In this document: positions 15,096-18,482 of the stretch, one piece after another
How the letters are laid out: each line of letters starts with the position of its first letter
Position numbering within the stretch: position 1 is the stretch's first letter
NCBI GenBank assembly: GCA_037444665.1
Contig: JBBILZ010000046.1
Coordinates: forward strand, 1-18,482
DNA: 18,482 bases
Origin: a candidate division WOR-3 bacterium
GTDB taxonomy: Bacteria; Hydrothermota; Tepidihabitantia; SM23-42; JAOAFX01
Direction: 5' to 3'
Made by a program: the position numbers and the translations under genes
Notes under the pieces: model-generated
Told to the model about the DNA's origin: nothing
What the model saw: only the letters and a program-made list of their open reading frames with translations
The model's database searches: none

Positions 15096-16798
15096 TTACA
15101 TTTTCTTTGTTTTAGAAGTTTTTCTACAGAAAGGGTATTTACTACATCATCTTTTTCCAGCCAGCCCCGCCGGCAGGTAGCGACACCAAATTTCATCCAT
15201 TTCAACTCTTCAATACCATGGGCATCTGTGCCAATACTGACTTTGACACCGAGCTCCTTACAGCGTTTTAAATTTACATCGTTTAAATCAAGGCGGTCAG
15301 GATAGGCATTACATTCAAGAAAAGTTTTTGTTTCGGCTGCCTTTTTCATAACCTTTTCAATATCAAGAACATAGCCTTCGCGTTTTGATATCAACCTGCC
15401 GGTAGGATGACCAATTATATCAACATAAGGATTTTCCATAGCAGAACAGAGTCTTTCTGTAACATTTTTTGAAAATCCCTGGTGAATGGATGCTACAACC
15501 ATATCAAACATCTTCAAAATTTTATCCGGATAATCAAGTCTGCCATCAGCAAGAATGTCTACCTCAATACCTTTAAGGATATTAAATTTTTTAAATTTTT
15601 TGTTTAAATTATCAATCTCTTCCCATTGTTTATATATGCGTTCCACCTCCATACCATGGGCATATTTTGCCGAGCGTGAGTGGTCAGTTACAAGGATATA
15701 TTCATAACCCATTTCCCGTGCAGTTGTGGCAAGTTCTTCAATTGTTGCAGTAGAATCTGAATAATTGGAATGCATTTGTAGATCACCTTTTATATCAGAT
15801 AATTCTAAAAGGACGGGCAGGCTATTTTTCAGGGCAGATTCAACTTCGCCGCGGTCTTCTCTTAATTCTGGAGGTATCCATTGGAGACCCAGTGCTTTGT
15901 ATATATCTTCTTCATTCTCACCGGCAATGGCTTTATCTCCTTTAAATAATCCATATTCATTCAATTTCCATTTTTTACTTACCGCGATACTCCGCAATTT
16001 AACATTGTGCGCCTTTGAGCCGGTGAAATACTGTAATGCTGCACCATAGGATTTTCTATCCACAATCCTGATATCCACCTGCACACCATCCTCTACGATA
16101 ATTGAACTTTTTGTCTCTCCTGCAGATAATACCTGTTCTGCTTTTGGATATTGGGTAAAAGTTTCTACTATCTTTTTGTGGTCTTTGCCAGTCACCAGTA
16201 TATCAATATCGCCAATAGTTTCCTTCCATCTACGCAATGACCCGGCTGGCGAAATCTTTGAAACAGGGGCATTTTTTTTGAGGTATTCAACCACGCTTGA
16301 GGCGATGCTTTCTGCGACCGCAATTGATAATCGCTCATGGCTCCGTTCATATAATTCAATACCCTTTTTTATGTTTTCCACTTTTTTTTCTCCCATCTGC
16401 GGTAGTTTAGCAAGACTGCCATCTTCAATTACTTTTTTTAAATCTGCTAAATTCTTGACACCGAGATGTTTATTTGCCAGGGCAAGGGTCTTGGGTCCGA
16501 GATTCTGGATATTGAGCAATTCAAGGAGCGCAGGTGGAATTCCCTTTGTTGCCTCAAGGTATTTTTGCATTTTGCCGGTCTTTAGATATTCTTCAATCTT
16601 TTTTGCCATACCTTCACCAATGCCGGCAAGGTTTTGTAATCTATTGGTTTTCAAAAGTTCTTCAATATCTTCAGTCAGCTCGTCAAGAATTCTTGCTGCC
16701 TTGCGATATGCTACAACTCGGAATACATTTTCTCCTTTATATTCAAGGGCATCAGCAATCTGATTAAAAATACTGGCAATCTCTTTATTTTTTTTCAT
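15086..16798 (-). CDS. polX: DNA polymerase X with C-terminal PHP domain
   Basis: ENVFRVVAYRKAA, GIGEGMA, AGSLRRWKETIGDIDIL, QVDIRIV, LQYFTGSKAHN, IPPELRED. PHP motifs: GDLQMHS, TDHS, GIEVDI, GHPTGR, GTDAH. Confidence 0.95.
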   Translation of the reverse strand: MKKNKEIASIFNQIADALEYKGENVFRVVAYRKAARILDELTEDIEELLKTNRLQNLAGIGEGMAKKIEEYLKTGKMQKYLEATKGIPPALLELLNIQNLGPKTLALANKHLGVKNLADLKKVIEDGSLAKLPQMGEKKVENIKKGIELYERSHERLSIAVAESIASSVVEYLKKNAPVSKISPAGSLRRWKETIGDIDILVTGKDHKKIVETFTQYPKAEQVLSAGETKSSIIVEDGVQVDIRIVDRKSYGAALQYFTGSKAHNVKLRSIAVSKKWKLNEYGLFKGDKAIAGENEEDIYKALGLQWIPPELREDRGEVESALKNSLPVLLELSDIKGDLQMHSNYSDSTATIEELATTAREMGYEYILVTDHSRSAKYAHGMEVERIYKQWEEIDNLNKKFKKFNILKGIEVDILADGRLDYPDKILKMFDMVVASIHQGFSKNVTERLCSAMENPYVDIIGHPTGRLISKREGYVLDIEKVMKKAAETKTFLECNAYPDRLDLNDVNLKRCKELGVKVSIGTDAHGIEELKWMKFGVATCRRGWLEKDDVVNTLSVEKLLKQRKCNQK

Positions 16799-16805
16799 TA
16801 GTTAA

Positions 16806-16833
16806 ATTATATTTATGCAGGATTGGTTGTCAA
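16806..16833 (-). promoter_or_regulatory. sigma70-like promoter of polX (leaderless)
   Basis: TTGACA-16 nt-TATAAT, 7 nt before ATG 16798. Confidence 0.8.
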
Positions 16834-16871
16834 GATAAACGGAAATTTTCATAGGACAATAAATGTTACAC

Positions 16872-16899
16872 TTGCAAAAAATTAAAAAATTGTTATAAT
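16872..16899 (+). promoter_or_regulatory. sigma70-like promoter of the sirtuin gene (leaderless)
   Basis: TTGCAA-16 nt-TATAAT with extended TG, 4 nt before ATG 16904 or 7 nt before ATG 16907. Confidence 0.7.
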
Positions 16900-16903
16900 T
16901 TTG

Positions 16904-17635
16904 ATGATGATAAAAAAGGCAGTTGAGATTTTAAAAGATACTAAAAGATTGTTTGTTCTTACTGGTGCTGGTATTTCAGCGGAAAGTGGCATCCCTACTT
17001 TTCGCGGTAAGGATGGTCTGTGGAAAAATTATTCAGCCACTGACCTTGCTACACCTGAGGCATTTATTAGAAATCCAGAACTGGTATGGGAATGGTATCG
17101 CTGGCGCCAGGAAATCATTCTCAAAGCAAATCCCAATCCTGCGCACTATGCCCTGGTAGATTTAAAAAATCATTTCAGTGGATTTTTTCTCTTGACCCAG
17201 AATGTTGATAATCTTCATCAACGTGCTGGCTCAAGGAATGTTTATGAATTGCATGGTAATATTTTTTTTACACGATGTTCTCAGTGCAATAAAATTGATA
17301 ACATTGAAAATGCAAAGTTTGACCCCCTGCCCCATTGTGAATGCGGAGGTCTGTTAAGACCTAATGTTGTCTGGTTCGGTGAATCCATTCCCCAGGATAT
17401 CTGGCAGGAATCAATAAAATTCTTAAGTTCGGCTGATTGTGCAATAATCTGCGGGACATCAGGCGTGGTCTGGCCCGCGGCAGCAATACCAGAGATTGCC
17501 AAAGATTATGGAGTAAAGACCATAGAAATAAATTTAGAGGTAACGCCCATAACACCGGTTGTTGATGTCAGCATATTATCGCCAGCAGGCAAAATTTTGC
17601 CAGAGATTGTAAAAAGGCTAAAAAAAATAAATTAA
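16904..17635 (+). CDS. cobB: NAD-dependent protein deacylase (Sir2/CobB, class III-like)
   Basis: LTGAGISAESGIPTFRG, WEWYRWR (YxxR), TQNVDNLHQRAG, ELHGN, zinc CxxC/CxC, LRPNVVWFGE, GTSGVVWPAA. The start may be 16907. Confidence 0.93.
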   Translation: MMIKKAVEILKDTKRLFVLTGAGISAESGIPTFRGKDGLWKNYSATDLATPEAFIRNPELVWEWYRWRQEIILKANPNPAHYALVDLKNHFSGFFLLTQNVDNLHQRAGSRNVYELHGNIFFTRCSQCNKIDNIENAKFDPLPHCECGGLLRPNVVWFGESIPQDIWQESIKFLSSADCAIICGTSGVVWPAAAIPEIAKDYGVKTIEINLEVTPITPVVDVSILSPAGKILPEIVKRLKKIN

Positions 17636-17647
17636 AATATCGGCTAC

Positions 17648-17675
17648 TTGACTTTTCGCAGAATTTCAGTATAAT
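17648..17675 (+). promoter_or_regulatory. sigma70-like promoter of rplM-rpsI
   Basis: TTGACT-16 nt-TATAAT, 8 nt before ATG 17684. Confidence 0.8.
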
Positions 17676-17683
17676 AATAGTCT

Positions 17684-18112
17684 ATGAAAACAAAGGTTTT
17701 AAAGAAATCTGAAATAAAACATAATTGGTATGTGATTGATGCGCAGAATAAGGTTCTGGGTAGGATGGCAACAAGGATTGCCAGAATCTTGATGGGTAAA
17801 GGTAAACCACAATATTCACCCCATGTGGATTGTGGGGATTATGTGGTTGTCCTGAATGCTGATAAATTTAAGGTTACTGGTAATAAAATGGAAGATAAAA
17901 TCTATTATCGGCATTCTTTTTATCCAGGTGGCTTAAAAGCAATAAATTTGAAACTTATGCTGGAAAGAAATCCAAAGAGGATAATATACCACGCAGTGAG
18001 TGGTATGTTGCCCAAAAATAAGTTTCGTGCGCGCAGGCTAAGAAGATTGAAACTTTATCTGGGTACTGACCACCCACATAAAGCACAATCACCCAAAGAA
18101 ATACAGTTATAG
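17684..18112 (+). CDS. rplM: 50S ribosomal protein L13
   Basis: WYVIDAQNKVLGRMATRIA, PHVDCGDYVVVLNA, YYRHSFYPGGLK, AVSGMLPKN, HPHKAQSP. Confidence 0.97.
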   Translation: MKTKVLKKSEIKHNWYVIDAQNKVLGRMATRIARILMGKGKPQYSPHVDCGDYVVVLNADKFKVTGNKMEDKIYYRHSFYPGGLKAINLKLMLERNPKRIIYHAVSGMLPKNKFRARRLRRLKLYLGTDHPHKAQSPKEIQL

Positions 18113-18125
18113 AGGAGGTTGGTTA

Positions 18126-18482
18126 ATGGGAGCAATTATCAGTGGTTCGCGAAAAAGGGCAGTTGCAAAGGTAAGAGTGCAACCGGGTAAGGGGAGTATA
18201 AAGATAAATGGCAAAGACCCTCTCCATTATTTCTGCAGACAGGACCTTGTTGATTTGATAAATCTACCCCTTATTACTGCTGGTGTGAAGGGTACATTTG
18301 ATATCTATGCACGGGTCTCAGGTGGTGGTATTGCAGGTCAGGCAGGTGCAGTGAGCCTGGGTATTGCCCGGGCACTGGTCAATTTCAATCCAGAATTACG
18401 ACCCACGCTAAAGAGTGCTGGTTTGTTAAAGAGAGACCCCAGAGAAAAAGAACGGATGAAATATGGACTGGCAAAAAGGCGT
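18126..18482 (+). CDS. rpsI: 30S ribosomal protein S9 (3'-truncated by the window; absent from the ORF track)
   Basis: AGGAGG SD at 18113-18118. Translation: MGAIISGSRKRAVAKVRVQPGKGSIKING...VSGGGIAGQAGAVSLGIARAL...GLLKRDPREKERMKYGLAKR. Confidence 0.96.
   Translation, partial: MGAIISGSRKRAVAKVRVQPGKGSIKINGKDPLHYFCRQDLVDLINLPLITAGVKGTFDIYARVSGGGIAGQAGAVSLGIARALVNFNPELRPTLKSAGLLKRDPREKERMKYGLAKRR

Noticed and set aside
1055..17555. Short antisense or nested ORFs in the track (for example 1365-1724, 5322-5606, 7279-7584, 9513-9809, 15765-16049, 16176-16763)
   Set aside because: They overlap well-supported genes on the opposite strand or frame and show no recognisable motifs; they are shadow ORFs.
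16904..17635. Defence-associated Sir2 (Thoeris, DSR, SIR2-HerA)
   Set aside because: It is a stand-alone 244-aa canonical CobB with zinc-binding cysteines, next to rplM, with no defence partner.

Overview
AT-rich bacterial chromosomal window. The T9SS-type C-terminal sorting domain and gene content suggest an FCB-related uncultured lineage such as WOR-3 (inference only). Left to right: the 3' end of an LVIVD-repeat/T9SS-CTD protein; a 470-bp intergenic mosaic of short tandem repeats; a minus-strand operon (GNAT/FemAB-like, TPR-esterase, internally duplicated membrane protein, hypE); a plus-strand operon (GT2, GT4, scpB, QueG-like Fe-S protein, DUF4416); a beta-class DNA methyltransferase plus putative endonuclease cassette; queD; a PEP-utilising (PPS/RPH-like) enzyme interrupted by an in-frame TAA; queC; a HepT/DUF86-like protein lacking its catalytic motif; prepilin peptidase; PolX-PHP; a CobB sirtuin; rplM; and partial rpsI. 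Main observations: (1) nine sigma70-like promoters all have a 16-bp spacer, and eight sit 4-9 nt from an SD-less start codon (leaderless or near-leaderless). (2) The R-M cassette is bracketed by a 10-bp direct repeat and its endonuclease appears frameshifted. (3) Heptamer-type repeat arrays occur intergenically and inside queC. (4) An orphan, apparently inactive HEPN gene has its own promoter upstream of pilD.
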